63,672 nucleotides of DNA, filler included, from Choristocarpus tenellus KU-1152 (GCA_964200185.2; 13 parts of 13 records of this genome joined end to end with filler, not necessarily neighbours in it); one strand, 5' to 3'; counted from the whole stretch's first letter, positions 24,453 to 39,122 are shown. Made by a program: numbers and translations. The notes: a model not told the origin generated them from the sequence alone.

Positions 24453-27090
24453 ACCATCGTCATGAAAGACAACCTTTGAACAGGGCTTGAACTCAACATA
24501 ACATTACCATTATCAAAACTAGGGTTATCAAACTTAAGTACTTAACTTTAGAAGTGAATTCCCTGTGCATAGTCAAATAGCACATTTTGTACACCCTTTT
24601 AATGTCCTGTTTGCACCTATCCAAAAGAAAAGTCATCACTGAAATCCAATGAGGTAGTAGAGGAAAAGGGCATGGTAAGTTGGACCCTGAAAAAATTCTC
24701 ATACTACAGCAGCACGTCCATGCTTCTTTAGTGCCAGTTTTATGTACCTGTGTGCATGGAGTGTACCTCTCACTGTAAATAATACTGTAATTGTACTAGT
24801 GAGTACATGATGGAAAATGCATGCTTGATATATTTGAACTTTGACAACAGCAAAGAGAGAAATAGTAATGTGCATTTCTAGTGATGAGATTCGTCGTGGA
24901 AAGAGAACAGGGTTGGCGGGAAAGAACTGTCCTTCAATGGTAGCAGTTCGTCAAGCGCAGTTTCATCACCGAGTCAAGTATGATAACCTTTTGTCACAAC
25001 TGAAGAACTACTGGAGGTTTAAAATGTGAGTAAATCGATTCTAAACCACTCCTTTCTTCATACAGATGTGTAAGGACAATTTTCAGAAATATATTTTCTT
25101 GGATGATTGGGGTATTTTGGCAAGATATTTAAGTGTTTGACTGTGGAGAGTATCTAGGGCTTGAAATCTTCTAGTTGGCATCGAAGTTCCCATGGCTGTT
25201 ACAAACCTAACCCCGTAAGTATGTGTCTGTAGAAGAAGAGGCAAACATTCGTTCACATCAGCACCACGAGATTGCACTCCTTAGTGGTAGACGAATATTA
25301 TTACTGAGTACTATGGAAGAGATAAATATCCAAGCCCCAATGTATCTGTTGCTATCCTTAGGATTGCTTGATGCATGAGAATTGTAATCAATGTACAATA
25401 GCCACCTCAAATGTACTACCGTTCTGGACAAACTTGTTGAGTGACGTCATATATAAACCTACAATGCGTAAAAACAAATTCTTCATATACAACATAACCT
25501 ATTCTTCATACACAACATATTACAAAATGATCAGAAAAAGGATGTGTATATGACTGTTGGGGCATGTTTTAAGACCTTCTCGTTGACGAACAAGAGAGAG
25601 TTCGGACCTCGTCATGATGGGCTGATTGCACTGGTTGCAGTGTGTAAGTAGAAGATACGATTCTTCAATTTAGGTGTGATGAACCATGCAAAGGAGTAGG
25701 CCACCACAAACACACCAAGCACATGGACAGGAGTGGGGATGGGTAGAAAGCGATTCTTGCTTTCTACAGTAGGATGGAATAACAGGGGAGGGAGGCCCAG
25801 AATAGATTCGAAGGGATCAAATATGTCTATTGTCCATCAAAGAAGAAACCTGAAATATGGGCAGGTCTAATGTGCTGCTTCTGGAGTCATTTGATTGGGA
25901 ACCTTAGAGGGGGCAAACTTATTATACTTCAATGCAAGGAATGTTGATCAGGAAACGGAGGGATGTCAGATCAAGGTCAAGAAAAGGAGGATGTGATCGA
26001 TTGGACTTGAATAAGTTTCACCTGGGAACTTGAATTGTGTCAGTTCCTGAAGAATGGTTCGAGGGGGACAGGATCTTCCTCTGTTGAGAAGGTTCACGCG
26101 TAAAGGGGATCAATCCTATATTAATGCTCTCTTTCCCTTCTCCCACGTCCAGAATATCTTTCTTTCTCGAGAAACTGGGACGAGGAAACAGTTGATAAGG
26201 GACAGGGGGCGGCAAGATGACTTACATTTGAAATGTTACAACACATCCTCCATATATGAAAACAAAAGATAAGACTATTATCAACTTACCAACGCTTGGG
26301 ATATATAGCATAGATCAATATGTAATCATTACACCATGAACCTACCGAATGAGAAAGTCCTTGATACAGGCAGACATTGTCCTCGATGATGCTTACATTG
26401 TCTCAAGAAAAAAAAAAGTAAGATGCATTGCGGCATGCTGGTCTTACCTAGGCCCATTGCCAGGAGGTTGACTCGAGAAGCAGACAAGGACATTCCACAA
26501 ATTAGGATAGTCCTTTTTGGCAAGAAGCATTTTCACCAACGGCAACGCGAAATTGTCGTCTACATAAATCTTTTGCATGAACAAGATCTCGCCATTTCTG
26601 AACAATAGTGTAGTATCATGTTTCCCTACCATACAAAACTCACTTGTTGATTTTATATTTTTCCCTGTTGTTGTCGAAGGCTGGATGGAATGGTCAGCAA
26701 AGTACAAAGAGTTTTGTCCAGCTTTGGCTTCACTCTCATTCACGTTGCCCCACCTATCATGCTTCCATGGGCACAAATCTACACCATTCTTCACACAGCT
26801 TTGGCTCAAATTTGACATCGGAGTGTAATGGGGTTGGAGGAAGATGTGAGTGGAGGGAAAGGGTGTATCGATATTATGTTGGGGAAGAAGAGTTACAATT
26901 GCTTCGATTGAATAATTACGTCATGCAGAAAATCTTAGGATTGGTATTCACTTGTCGTCTTTTGTGCCCATTGAGTGACATGGGTCTGGACCATTGATAG
27001 GAGCATGATCCAAAATATACAAGGCCTCAACCAGTGCCTTCAAATACTGTGCATGATATTGAGTCCACACTGGGTCCTTACTTCCCTTCC

Positions 27091-27138
27091 ATGGACACCC
27101 TGGTGTAGACCTCCCCCACCCCCCAGATACTTTGAGCC
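27091..27138 (+). mobile_element. MITE family B right-end fragment
   Basis: ATGGACACCCTGGTGTAGACCTCCCCCACCCCCCAGATACTTTGAGCC. Confidence 0.75.
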
Positions 27139-28523
27139 TGAGTTGCCAGTAGTGTGTCTCTGTTAGAGTAAGTGTTTTCCGTACTGCACAGAAATATACT
27201 CCTACACTATCTTTAATCTGCCTTGGACAATAGACGTTTTGGGCTGAATATGAAGGAAGGTTGTTGGATAATGCAGGTGTTGAACATTACAGTGGTGTAC
27301 TAGATAGGTGTGATAGTGTGCAGCGCTTATCTTCAGTAAACTTTCACACACAGAGATTGCCCCTGGATGGACAAGAAATGTGTTCGAGATCAAAAGGGAA
27401 AACGAAGACCACACCCACGTGAAGATGTCGCAATTAAATGTTACAGCGATAACGGTTTTTCTGTGTTGCAAAGGGTCGTCAATGTGGTCCTGAATGGTAT
27501 GAAACTTGTGATGCACATGTTTTGAACCTGAACAGATGCTACTTCTTGGACAAGTGTATAATGTACTACATCAAATGCTCACTAGTTGATCAGAGAGAGC
27601 ACAAAAAGCACACAAAATGCAACCACCGAGGTCATGGCTTGAGGAGTTGATGCAGATTAACTAGTACAAATTCGTTAAACCTAGCGTCAACAAACACGTA
27701 GATCCAGCATGATGTTGGACCAGGGTCTAATTCTGATTTCTTCAGCTCAGGTGCAGCTCCTTCCTGCACAGCCAGTCTTGATTCCGTAGTTCAAATCACT
27801 ATTTGGAAGCTTACCAAGATGGAACTTCTTGCAGAGGTGTATCAACCTACGTACTATTCGCAATGTTGACATTCCTCATGACTGATGTCGGGATCGGCCT
27901 TGGTGCTCTCACTATGATTTTTTATTGATCTTAACTTCTGAGTACTGGGAAAACCTATAGTTAGAGTAACCGTAGATTGGCCTACCTTGCTCTGAATGTT
28001 GGACCACGACTTATCACACTCCATCCCCGTTAATGCCTTGTTTAGTGTGAGGTCAAGCCTCCCTACCGTCATAGGTTTACCTGGTCCCTCTAATCTCTTG
28101 TGTAGTACTCAACTCAGCATCACTTAGCAATCAAGACAACCCATACTTCCTATTGGCTAATGACGTATGAATGGACAGTGAAGTTCAGGGATGCAATCCT
28201 TCAAGGTTTCCACATGGACCTTACATGATCCGAAAGTATTGTTCCAGAAATGACTGGAGACATCAAAGGGCAATCGAACGGACCTCACTGGGACTGAGAA
28301 GGTGTATAAATCGTTTTTTCCTATGAGTGAGGAAAGAAATGGACGTAGAATGCAGTAGAGTGCACAAAAAACAATACTAATAGTGAGGAGAGAATAGCGT
28401 GTAATGGTAGCAGGTTCCAAGAGTTATCGGCATCCAGTACGGAAAATTGTTTACAGGGAAGTCATCGTAAAGAAACATACCACTCGAACAAGTGGTCAGG
28501 GTAAATGCTTGTTTAATTTGGGT

Positions 28524-28539
28524 GGCGTTAAAAAACACC
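28524..28539 (-). promoter_or_regulatory. Histone 3' stem-loop of H4
   Basis: Minus strand GGTGTT-TTTT-AACGCC-ACCCA: 6-bp stem with one G-U pair, 4-nt loop and canonical ACCCA flank. Confidence 0.82.
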
Positions 28540-28649
28540 AAGTGTTGAATATGGGCTCGTTAACCGCACGATTGGACGAATCCTGCAGGTTCTGAATTAC
28601 ACGCATGAAGATATAGATACCAAAGCCCTAGAACCACGTGCATGAACAT

Positions 28650-28970
<321 letters not shown>

Positions 28971-29286
28971 TCACGGTAAGATATGGAGGTATTGGGACAC
29001 TACCGTTGTCGATCTATTGATCTGTTGATCTGTTGAATGTTGTGTTGGTGATTGTGTTGGAGAAGGGAGTCGAGTCGAATATCCGCGTGAGTGTACAGAC
29101 GTAAGATACATCTGAATCGTCACATTCGTCCTTTCTATGGCTTTTCATTTGTGGATGTGTGGTTGGCAAATAGAAAGGTACGGTTGAAAAAGAAGAAATG
29201 TTCTCAAAATTGTTTGAACAGGACGCCAACAAAGACCTTTCCCGTAACAGATGATGATCATTGTTAACACAAAAGACATAGCTTGA

Positions 29287-29730
<444 letters not shown>

Positions 29731-29803
29731 GACCTCGTTGAGTCATATATTCTGCTCCCCATCTTTAAGGCTGTCTTATTTCCTCAAGTTCAGTCTCCAA
29801 CCT

Positions 29804-29819
29804 GGTGCTTATCAGCACT
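29804..29819 (+). promoter_or_regulatory. Histone 3' stem-loop of H3
   Basis: CCAACCT-GGTGCT-TATC-AGCACT-ACCCA. Confidence 0.8.
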
Positions 29820-30151
29820 ACCCAGAATGAAGAGTAAAGACCTAATAAGTGGTTGAGATGGCACTAGGTATGTGCTGCAATTTATGGCATGTAGTGTGAA
29901 CCTTTGAAAGTGATGGCTTTGTCTCAAATTCTCGCATGCCTAACTATTTTGATTAACTTAACTGATTGCAGTAAAGTATTGGAAATGCCGGCGTTGACAC
30001 CATAGAAAGACCTCAAATGTTGTGTTGATATAATATTCTGACCTAGTTGCCTGACGTTTGCTTCCGGTAGTCTCTACAACCTGCCTTGTTTGTCAGAGTC
30101 CATCAAGAACAACCCATAATATACTCTTCATTGCGAGATGGATCAACCTCA

Positions 30152-30406
30152 GGCTCAAAGTATCTGGGGGGGGGGGNNNNNNNNNNCAACCAAAAAAAAA
30201 AACACAAATATTCTTTCTTGTGGGGGGGGAGGCGGCCCCTCGGGCGGAAGGGGGGGGGGGGGGGGGGGGGGGGTGAGCTGTCTATTTGGCGTGAATTTCT
30301 TCATGTCGCGATTTTTGTGTGATTCGGTTGCGGACACGTCGGATGGATGATGTAAGTGCATTTTTCCTGATTTTGACCCAAATGGACACCCTGTTGTGGA
30401 GCCCTC

Positions 30407-30432
<26 letters not shown>
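30152..30432 (+). mobile_element. MITE family B copy (broken by a scaffold gap and poly-G/C)
   Basis: GGCTCAAAGTATCTGGGG...GCTGTCTATTTGG..CATGTCGCGATTTTTGTGTGATT...CAAATGGACACCCTG. Another B terminus opens the next contig (30572-30606). Confidence 0.75.
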
Positions 30433-30438
<6 letters not shown>

Positions 30439-33400
30439 TCTTGCTTCTATCCGTGTCGAGCTGTGANNNNNNNNNNNNNNNNNNNNNNNNNNNNNNNNNN
30501 NNNNNNNNNNTTAATTAATTAANNNNNNNNNNNNNNNNNNNNNNNNNNNNNNNNNNNNNNNNNNNNCGTTACCCCCCCCCCCCCCCCCCCCCAGATACTT
30601 TAAGCCAAAAAGAAATTCAAATTTCATTTCCACAATACAAATCGTCTTGTGACAGATCTTAACCAATAAAGTGTTATCGAGAATTTGCGTCAAGTCTCCC
30701 TCTGCCCAATGCTGCCCTGCTGTTGCAGACTATGAGCAACAGAGATTACGATAGAGGGCATTGACAGGGTAGTGTCGCCTGGATATGATCAGGTCATTAC
30801 TGTTTGTTTACCTTGGGAGTTTGATCTAGCACCGCCTCCCCAAGGCTTTTCACATCGTGAGTAGATGCCGTCAATAAGCATGCAGGTGGTCCATGCAACC
30901 ACCTGTTCTGGGAGATTGGCGGTGTTATAATATTAACCATGGTCTTGCTTGGAAGGCTCTAACTTTTCCAGACAAGATAGTGGCATTAAGGAATAATGCT
31001 GTCCCTTATAGAACAAAGTTACCCTGGCACAAAGAGTTGATCCTTGGTAGCTATGTAAGTAGTACTTTTTTATCAATAGGTATTCATATGATGGCATTCA
31101 AACCCGCTTTCAGATTGAGCTCATCTATATAACTGTTTTTTTTTCCTTGAAAATTATAATGAGTCAATGTAAACAAGATATACCCAGGGCTTGCATTTAA
31201 GGATGCTAACAAGTATGTGTAAATATCGACTTTTTGTTCAAATGGTGTAGGGAATTTTCTGAGTTCTGTTGAAATTTCTCAAACAATGGAGAAATCAACA
31301 CTTTCAAGTCAATCGAAGTACTTCATCCATAGAAATAAGTGTGAATTGCAAAAGATGAAAAAAATTGGCATAAATTGCAAAACGATCGAAAACCTGGGCA
31401 CCTCCTGTTTACTTCAGCTCAGTTTTGAATAAAACAGTTTTTACCGTTGAGAACTGTTTTGGTGGGAATGGGCGGTCATTTTGGTCTCTATTGTTGGTCT
31501 GATCTCAATATTCAGGTCTTTGAGATATGTAAACTAAGCCTAAAAGGCTGCTTAATCTTTTTTTCTAGGGTGTCCTTTTATTGAAAGATTTTACTCTGAA
31601 TGGCAGGTCTGGGCTGCACTGAGTCCTTCTGTAGCAACCTGCTGTCACCCATTTTGGTGCTCTGTAGCTTGTAGCACTTGCCCTGTCTTGTGTGATATTA
31701 CCCATCTTGTGCCTACTTGTGGCTGTGGTCCATGCAGCAAAAACTACACTTCTCTCCAAATATAGATTTGTTCCTGGAGATAAGTGATAGTAAATGTGCA
31801 CAAAATCTTCCAATGCAAGCTCAGATCATTTACAACCAGCATGCATTGCATTTATGACCAGTAAGACTTCATTTCGGGTAAGTATCGACAATATTTCAGG
31901 AGGATTGTGACAGAAACCCCTCAAATATTTCTTAGACTCAACTTTTGGACGGGATTTGGAGTCCTTTTATAGAAGTTGTCAATATGATGCTTGCTTCATC
32001 CTACAGTTCCTAGTCATTAAAAGAGATACTGCCATACATGTGACTGGAAGATTTCTGTTTTATAGACCATATATAACATATTAATAAAATCATGCATGCT
32101 TGCATGCAAACAAAAAAATGCATGGAAGGGTGACAATGCCTCCCCAACACTGTGAAACCCTGAGGTGATTTGATTTTAGAGTACTGTCAAGGAGGGGACG
32201 GGGGGAAGGAGGGGTGTATTTTGAGTATGGCGTGATCTAGAGTCCACATGGAAGCGACATGCTATGGATGAAACGAGATGTCTAAATTCCTACCCGCATA
32301 ACCACAATTATTTGTGTGAAGTACAACGAAATTGCATGTGAGGAATAACATATTCATGATTTTTCAACTTCCAGAAGTATTTGCTTCCCCCTGTGAAAAG
32401 GAGCTGCAGTGCTCCTCTATGTTTCCCTCTAGACTCTTTACACGGGCAGTCTGTTGAAGCCATCCAAGTATACCCTGATGTCCCCCTCTTTCCCCTGCTT
32501 TCATCCTATCTTGGGGAAGGTGCCACGATGCCACAGAAGGCACTCTCCGCTGGGTGATATCAAATGCCCACCGAACTCCAGTAACCTGCGTGGCATCACA
32601 CAGCGACGATACACTGTCGTACCTTGTCACCGGATCAGAAGATGGTGTTGTAAGCGTATGGACGCTACAGACTAGGTGAAAGGCCTTAGGATCGACAGTG
32701 TGTGTGTGCGTGTGTGTGTTCATGCATGTGGTATGTGCTGTGTTGTTTGCACTGGGCAGAACTGTAACTCTTCATGTAATTTTGTTGGAGAATGGATGCC
32801 GGCGTGAGGGCTAGGACTTGCCTCTTGCCTTTGCATTTGAGATGCAGCCCCTCACAGACTGGGAAGTTGAAGAACGTAAAACCAAGTGTTTGCAAGTACA
32901 CCAATGGTGTTTATCCACTCTGTTTGTGTACCCAGTGCCGCTCTATGTATCACTGGTGTTACTATTGTGTAGTGGTGGTGGCACGGAGTATGTGAAGAGC
33001 TACAAAAGCACCAAATTTCAAATTCATATGAGTTTGTCATAGGTGAGTATAACTGTGCTACCCAGCATCAAGTTGAATGGATAGAGTGCGTTGTTCAAGG
33101 AAAATTCTCTGTAATACAGTGTGTGCTCCAGAGGTCACCTAAAAGTCAAGGTTCTTTGTGGTATTATACTGACTTTATTGTGGTCTTCTTGTCCGGCAGT
33201 TTTTTATTTTTTATATACTGAATTGTATTCTTTCTCCCAGAAAACCCCTCTAGAAGCTCTACCTATGTGCAGGCATTCCACGGAACGGAACATTACAATC
33301 ATATTTAGCACAGCATGATTTATGTTCTACTATCTTTCTGCCCCGGACAAATGTGTTCCACCTAACCCTCAGTCGGTGATATTGTTGCACCACTATACCC

Positions 33401-33939
33401 TTACAGTTGTTAACACACTACTCATACCACATATGGTGCTGTGATTCTTAAGAGCATGCAGGACTTCCTGACTTCATATGTGCTTCAGCAAATCTGAGAG
33501 AGAGAGAATGTGCTTTGTTTTGTAGTAGTTGCACGCTGATTTTCATTGATTATTTGTGGAGTGTCAAGTTCAGTGGTTAAGGTACACTGAGTATTGAACC
33601 TTTTACTTGGATGGGTAACTTCTAGAGTGTTTTTCCCGTCTTCTCTGCGTCAAAAACAATTTCTGGAAGAGAGGTAGCTTCAGAATGGGAGCTCCAACAT
33701 GACAAGATGTACACAATACATGTGGATCTTGACACCAGAGCTCTACATGGATTAATGGCACAAGATGTTTGGTAATTTACAATACACAAGTGCTGAGGCA
33801 TTAAGGACACCTCCATTGGAATGTTGGAGGGGGCAGGGAATTTATGGTAGTGGTGGGGCATTCAGGGAAGTTGAACCTCTGTCTTAAGCTGCATGTGCTC
33901 TGTGCGCCTTCCCTCCCCTCATTTTTGTTGGTCATTCAG

Positions 33940-36003
33940 GGAACTGATGCTTCACTTCAAGGAGCACCAGAAGAGAGTGCAGGCATTGCTGGTAGATGTG
34001 GTAACCCCGACCCTCATTCACTCTGTTGGAGCTGACTGTACTGTGGTAACGTATGACCTTCGCAAAGAGAGGCGCACAGTAGCCCATATGTGAGTGTCCA
34101 GTGAAGGAAGTAGTGCCTCTTACCTGTCCTCGCCCATGAGTCCTTACCAACATGTGACGAAGAGGAGGATAATAAAATATTCCAGAAAGCAGATACTTGA
34201 TTACTCATTTGTACAAAGAGTTCCTGGTTAGTTTCCTCTATTGTTTTTCACCATTAGATACCCCTTTGCCCATTTCCACGCGCTACATTCCCACATGGTT
34301 GTGGCCTCTTCGTTCAGGACGCGATCTGGGGCTTTCCAGGGTATGACACAGCGATTGGACTCTGAGAATGAACTGGTCACCTGTGATGCCAATGGGCGCC
34401 TGATGATGTGGGACTGTGACTACAGAGACCCGGTGCAGGTGGGTCATGAGCCCCTTCTTCACTGTCACACACCTTTCCGAGGGTAGATCATTGTTGGATC
34501 TTCTAGTGTTCTCTTTGCTGCGAGACAAGAGGGTAAATGTGTGTATGTATGTATGTATGTATGTATGTATGTATGTATGTATGTGTGTATGTATCTGTGT
34601 ATGTATGCCTGCATGCCTGCATAAAGAAATGTTCCTATGTGTGTGTTTCTAAGCCAGTTCTTAACAGCTCAATATATCTGAGGCGTGGGGTGGTGGCTGT
34701 CCATTCGGGGCCCATTTTTCCATGTCTCGATTTTTGGGTGATTTGTTTGCAAGTGTCGGATGGATAATGTGAGTGCACTTTTCCTGGTCAGGGCCCGAAT
34801 GGACACCCTGGTGTAGACCTCCCCCCCCTCCCCTAGATATTTTGAGCCAACAATTAGAACCTTGGATGTACACTCTGGATGTACACTCTACCTTAGTGTC
34901 AAATGCAGCATGTTGAATTGATACATATGAGGTTAGACTGAACATATGTGTGAATTGAGCATGTATCTGGAAGATAAAACTCCCCAGATAATAGTATCAG
35001 AAAGACCACTAGAACCAGGTTGTTCATAGCCACACAGCGGTAGATGACAGCCCAGATAGCTACAGCCTTCTGCACAAGTGAACCTCTCTCCCTTTCCTCA
35101 GAGTTATCTATGATTGCGAAGTGCTTTAGTCACTTCTTAATCGTTGCTGAATTGCCTCATTTTCAGGTTCTACAAGATCCCTCTTGCCAACGGCTGGTCG
35201 CCGTGAGCGTGTCTCCGTCTGGGCACTACATTGCAATGGGCGGTGACGACCAGATTGTCAAGGTTATCCTCACTTTGACATCTTATCTGTTTCTCAGTTT
35301 CCTCGACTGTATGTGTGGAGGGTGGTTTAGTATGTTCGTGACGTTCCACTCTCCCAAGATTAATTTCTCTGCATTTGAATAGCCAACTACTGCTTCTGGT
35401 ATAACAACAGAGCCCCTCCAAACTGTACAGAAGATTGTACTAAATTTACTAGTCTCCAAGAGGTGGATTCATTAAGTCTTTGTGCCATAGGCTAGCTTTA
35501 TACCAAGTTGATCTTGCGGAAACGCTCAACTCAGGACTGATCTACTTGCCCTGCAAATTAGTATTTCATCCACGGCAGTGGTAGTTGTGACCTCCTTCAT
35601 GACCATAACTACTGGTTTTATTCAGCCTGTCCAGGAAATTATACTCTTTGGTGCTGGCTGCTGTCACCATTTGACGGCGTGATTCCTCTGTATGGAACAG
35701 TGTGACTGATACCCTCTAACCTCCTCTATATGCGAACTTTGCCCATGCATTGATGTGTCATTTTCTTGCATTTTCTTCCTCGCCTTTGTACAGGTTCTGG
35801 ACCTATTTGATAGTTGCACAACCGTTGCATCTGGTCAAGCCCATTCAGAGTCCTTGACCAGCTTGCAATGGACCCTTGATGAGCGCCAACTGATTTCGGC
35901 TGCAAAGGATTGCACCATTGCTGTGTGGAACTTCTATGGCACCCCCACTCCTCCAGCGTCTTCACCTTCAGTGTCGTCGGAGCTGGTGACTCCATCCAAA
36001 TGA
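33940..36003 (+). CDS. WD40-repeat protein, C-terminal 4 exons (CFAP52/WDR16-like)
   Basis: Phase-compatible exons 33940-34089, 34318-34438, 35167-35262 and 35794-36003: FKEHQKRV..HSVGADCTVVTYDL; LVTCDANGRLMMWD; VSPSGHYIAMGGDDQIVKV; AHSESLTSLQWTLDERQLISAAKDCTIAVWNFY. The WD40 call is secure; the subfamily is inferred. Confidence 0.88.
34666..34848 (+). mobile_element. MITE family B, full copy (intronic), flanked by AAC/AAC
   Basis: AGCTCAATATATCTG..GGCTGTCCATTCGGGG...AATGGACACCCTGGTGTAGACC..AGATATTTTGAGCC. Confidence 0.85.
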
Positions 36004-36709
36004 CTAAGAGGTGGATCATAGTGTGAATCGTTTTTCGAACACCTTCATTCGCATATCTGCTGGTCCAGGGTCGGGGCAGCAACATTTGTTACCATTTTTC
36101 GGAGATGTGCTGGGAGTGTGAAGCTATGGAGCAAGCTGTGCTGTGTGTCCAGAGGCTTTGGTATTGCATGATCAGAGTGTATGGGTTGACTGTAGTGTAT
36201 ATTGAGAAGGTGATTAACAACGGATATATTACTGCTGACGAGGATATGTCTAAGTTTGTATGCCTGGCAGGGAACCAAATATGACCAGCCACGGCAAGTC
36301 AGGAAAATATTTAGTTGCAGCTGGTTATACAGGTTAGAGCAGGAGCTTGCCACCACAACAGAGTAGTAGTGGCACTAGAAGATATAGCTCTTTGTTGGAT
36401 GATATTAAAATAATTTGTCATACTTTGAGGTGTCTGATAACACTCTTTGGGTGGAAAAATAAACCCTTAATTTCTGCAGCTTCGATAGACTCTACAACCT
36501 GCAACACAAAACAAGATATAGTCTCTGTTTCATGGTAAGAAAAATACCATCGACCAGTGTCTGTATGTACTGTTGTACAAGTAGGGTACGTCGGAGAGAA
36601 CAAAAATCGTACTGGTTAGATGGGTAGGTTTCTCGAGCTCAAATAAGACGGTGAGATAGCCCTCTACTTCGAGTCCTTGAAGGACCAAAGATACTTAGAT
36701 ATCTCTTCT

Positions 36710-36967
36710 AACCCATATTATCCTAGTGGAAGAGGTGTCCATTCGGGGCCAGTATGACCCTGTAGTGATCTTCATGTCATTTGAGTGAAAGCATCAGATG
36801 TGAGGTCAATTTCCATCATCTGACACACCTTCCTCTTCCATCCCCCTGCCTGGACTAAATCTGAAGGAAAATCACATGTGATTCAGGAATCAAACTGAAT
36901 TGTTTTTAAAAACCATATCAATGGACGAACTGACCTAAATATCCCCCTCTAAGGACAGTATGGGCCT
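36710..36967 (+). mobile_element. Old MITE related to families A/B (family C)
   Basis: GTCCATTCGGGG, then TGTAGTGATCTTCATGTCATTTG (aligns to family A TGTTGCGATTTTCATGTAATTTTG), and a right end AATGGAC-25 nt-ending CCCTCTA, then AG. Confidence 0.45.
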
Positions 36968-37079
36968 TCTGAACGGCGCTGTGATTGAGAGTGTCTGTTC
37001 ACAAAAAGATAACTAGGAGAAGCTTTATACTTGGGTTCAAGAAAAGTGTTTCAAACATCTTGTTAAGGTCCTGACCTTT

Positions 37080-37336
37080 GAGTGAAAGTATCTTAGAGGG
37101 TACCAGTTTTGCCCTGTTTGTCCATTTGGGGCTTGGCTTCCCATGTTTTTTTTTATGATTTTTCCTACTCCAAAATGTTTCAGAGTAAGCAAAATGTATA
37201 CGTTATGAAAAAGCGTATCCAGAACATGGATATTGACACTTCCTAACTAACACGTGGTCAGCATCACATCAGAATCACAGCATTGGATTTTGGACCCCAA
37301 ATGGACGCGTCTCTACCCTCTAAGATACTTTGACTC
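37080..37336 (-). mobile_element. MITE family A, full copy
   Basis: GAGTGAAAGTATCTTAGAGGGTAC...TACCCTCTAAGATACTTTGACTC. Confidence 0.92.
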
Positions 37337-37984
37337 TCTGGACATGTATCCTTTGTGCATCTGACATCTTGCTAAACACGGTGTTGACTTTCTCTGGGGA
37401 CACGAACAGATACTTGCTTGACTACATTAAAGTGTCCATGCTGTGATATCCTCCACTATATCCCCCTCCCTGTCGCCTTGTTTTACCCGAGCTTCTAATG
37501 ACCTGCAGTAACTTCACAAACTCAATGTGTACCTTAGGGTGATGTCTCTGCGAAAGAACAAACTGAACCCTGACAACCACATTTCAACAGACAATGGCAG
37601 GGGAACAGAGTGGATTGGAGTTAATTTCCACCATACAAATGTATTTGTACACATCCTCTGCCCAGGAAGGAATTCATTATGCTGCTGGAAAGACCTAGCT
37701 ATTCATTGAAAATTATTGCTTCGAAGGATATTTGATTGGGCTTCCATCCGAGATATAAAAAAAGCTCCATCTAAATCCACTCACAAGATAGACCACAGGA
37801 TTGAATAGAGATACTTTTAACCCAAATCCTGGTATGCATAGAATTTTTGTAGAATAAAAACAACCACACCATCCACGATTGCTTTTGGTTACATATTATT
37901 GGAATTCATATCATATTCTGCACACTCCTCCATGAGAGTGGAAGTAAACAAAACAAAACAAAGATTGCTTCAACTCTCACACAC

Positions 37985-39120
37985 TACCTTCATCTCATCA
38001 ATACAATGTCTATGAAGTCTTCTACCTGCTTCTTCCATAGCTACTTTGTTAAAGTGTCAGCAAGTTACAGAGCAGTAGGTATGTACTTCACTACAAAAAA
38101 ATTAGGCTCACGTACTCCCTTGTGCATTTCAACTTTATGTCTCTACATGCTTCCTTCTTCAGTTGAACCCTATGGTTGTTCCTGCCTGCATTGCGCCTCG
38201 GTTATCCCCATACCAAGTCGTAACCCCTGGTGGTACGCCAAGCCCCCACAGGATTCCTCTGATAAATATTGTGTGTCTCGTCCCTTCTACCATTGGTGTC
38301 CATTCCGCTTCTGACGTAGATGTGTGGTTATAGCTCCTTGTAATTTGGACTTCCACATAATCAGTGTTTCATTGTATAGGAGTAGAGTAGGTATCCTGTG
38401 ACGCTCCATCTTGATACAGGATTATTTGCCCAGTCCAAGTCTCCATACTCGACGAGCCCTTTGTTGTCTCTCTCTCCTTAGTAGGATAGTATATCCCCCA
38501 ATGATGGTGCCTGCAATGTAACGCAGTACATGTTGCAGTCTCTTCCAGTGCCACCTGCATGGTGATGAAGCAGTGCGACCTAGTTCCCTCGCAGAACAGG
38601 AGAGGTCTGGTCGCATCATTTCGGTGAGGAACATTGGTTTCTCCAAAATAGTAGGGGTAACGTTCTTGATCTAGTTCCTCCTCGTTCTCATGCCATGATT
38701 TCAAGTCCATTTCTGACTCTAATAGTGATCATGTTGACCGTACTTTCATTGAACCCATGCCTTCTGCGACAATACTCTCTGCAAAATACTGTGATGTACC
38801 TTGATACCAGTCTTGTCCCTGTTGATCGCCACTCCAACCAAATTATCGGGGGTGCCAAGGTTCTCTTCCCTTCATACTTCTTGAGCAGTAGTGATTTCAC
38901 CATCTCCTCCATGTCGACCCCGGTGAGAGAGGGGTCGTCCACATCGTGGAATAGGGTTGCAATTCGCCCATCCTCATTTCACTTGAAGTACAAGCAATCA
39001 TCGAACTGGCTGATGGTCCATCCATCATTGAGGATCGTCCCCTTTAGTTTCTTGTACCATTCATGGGTCGATTGCTTCAAACCGTAAATATAGCCTTCGT
39101 GGCCTTGACCGCCATACCGT
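37985..39120 (-). mobile_element. Decayed Ty1/Copia LTR-retrotransposon pol (RT + RNase H)
   Basis: Minus-strand motifs in Copia order: GLKQS..WY, DDCLY, (H)DVDD, MRPDL..SARELGR, HWKRLQHVLRYIAGT, YGDNRGA, YIPT..LADTLTK. Many stops and frameshifts; truncated by a MITE at 39123. Confidence 0.88.
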
Positions 39121-39122
39121 CA

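Noticed and set aside
26444-26818. YVDD motif suggesting a reverse transcriptase (also YLDD at ~52715)
   Set aside because: No other RT motifs occur at the proper spacing; a 4-residue match alone is insufficient.
31185-31824. Possible hAT-like TIR pair (CAGGGCTTGCATT.. / ..AATGCAAGCTCAG)
   Set aside because: Imperfect match, no 8-bp TSD and no second copy in the window.
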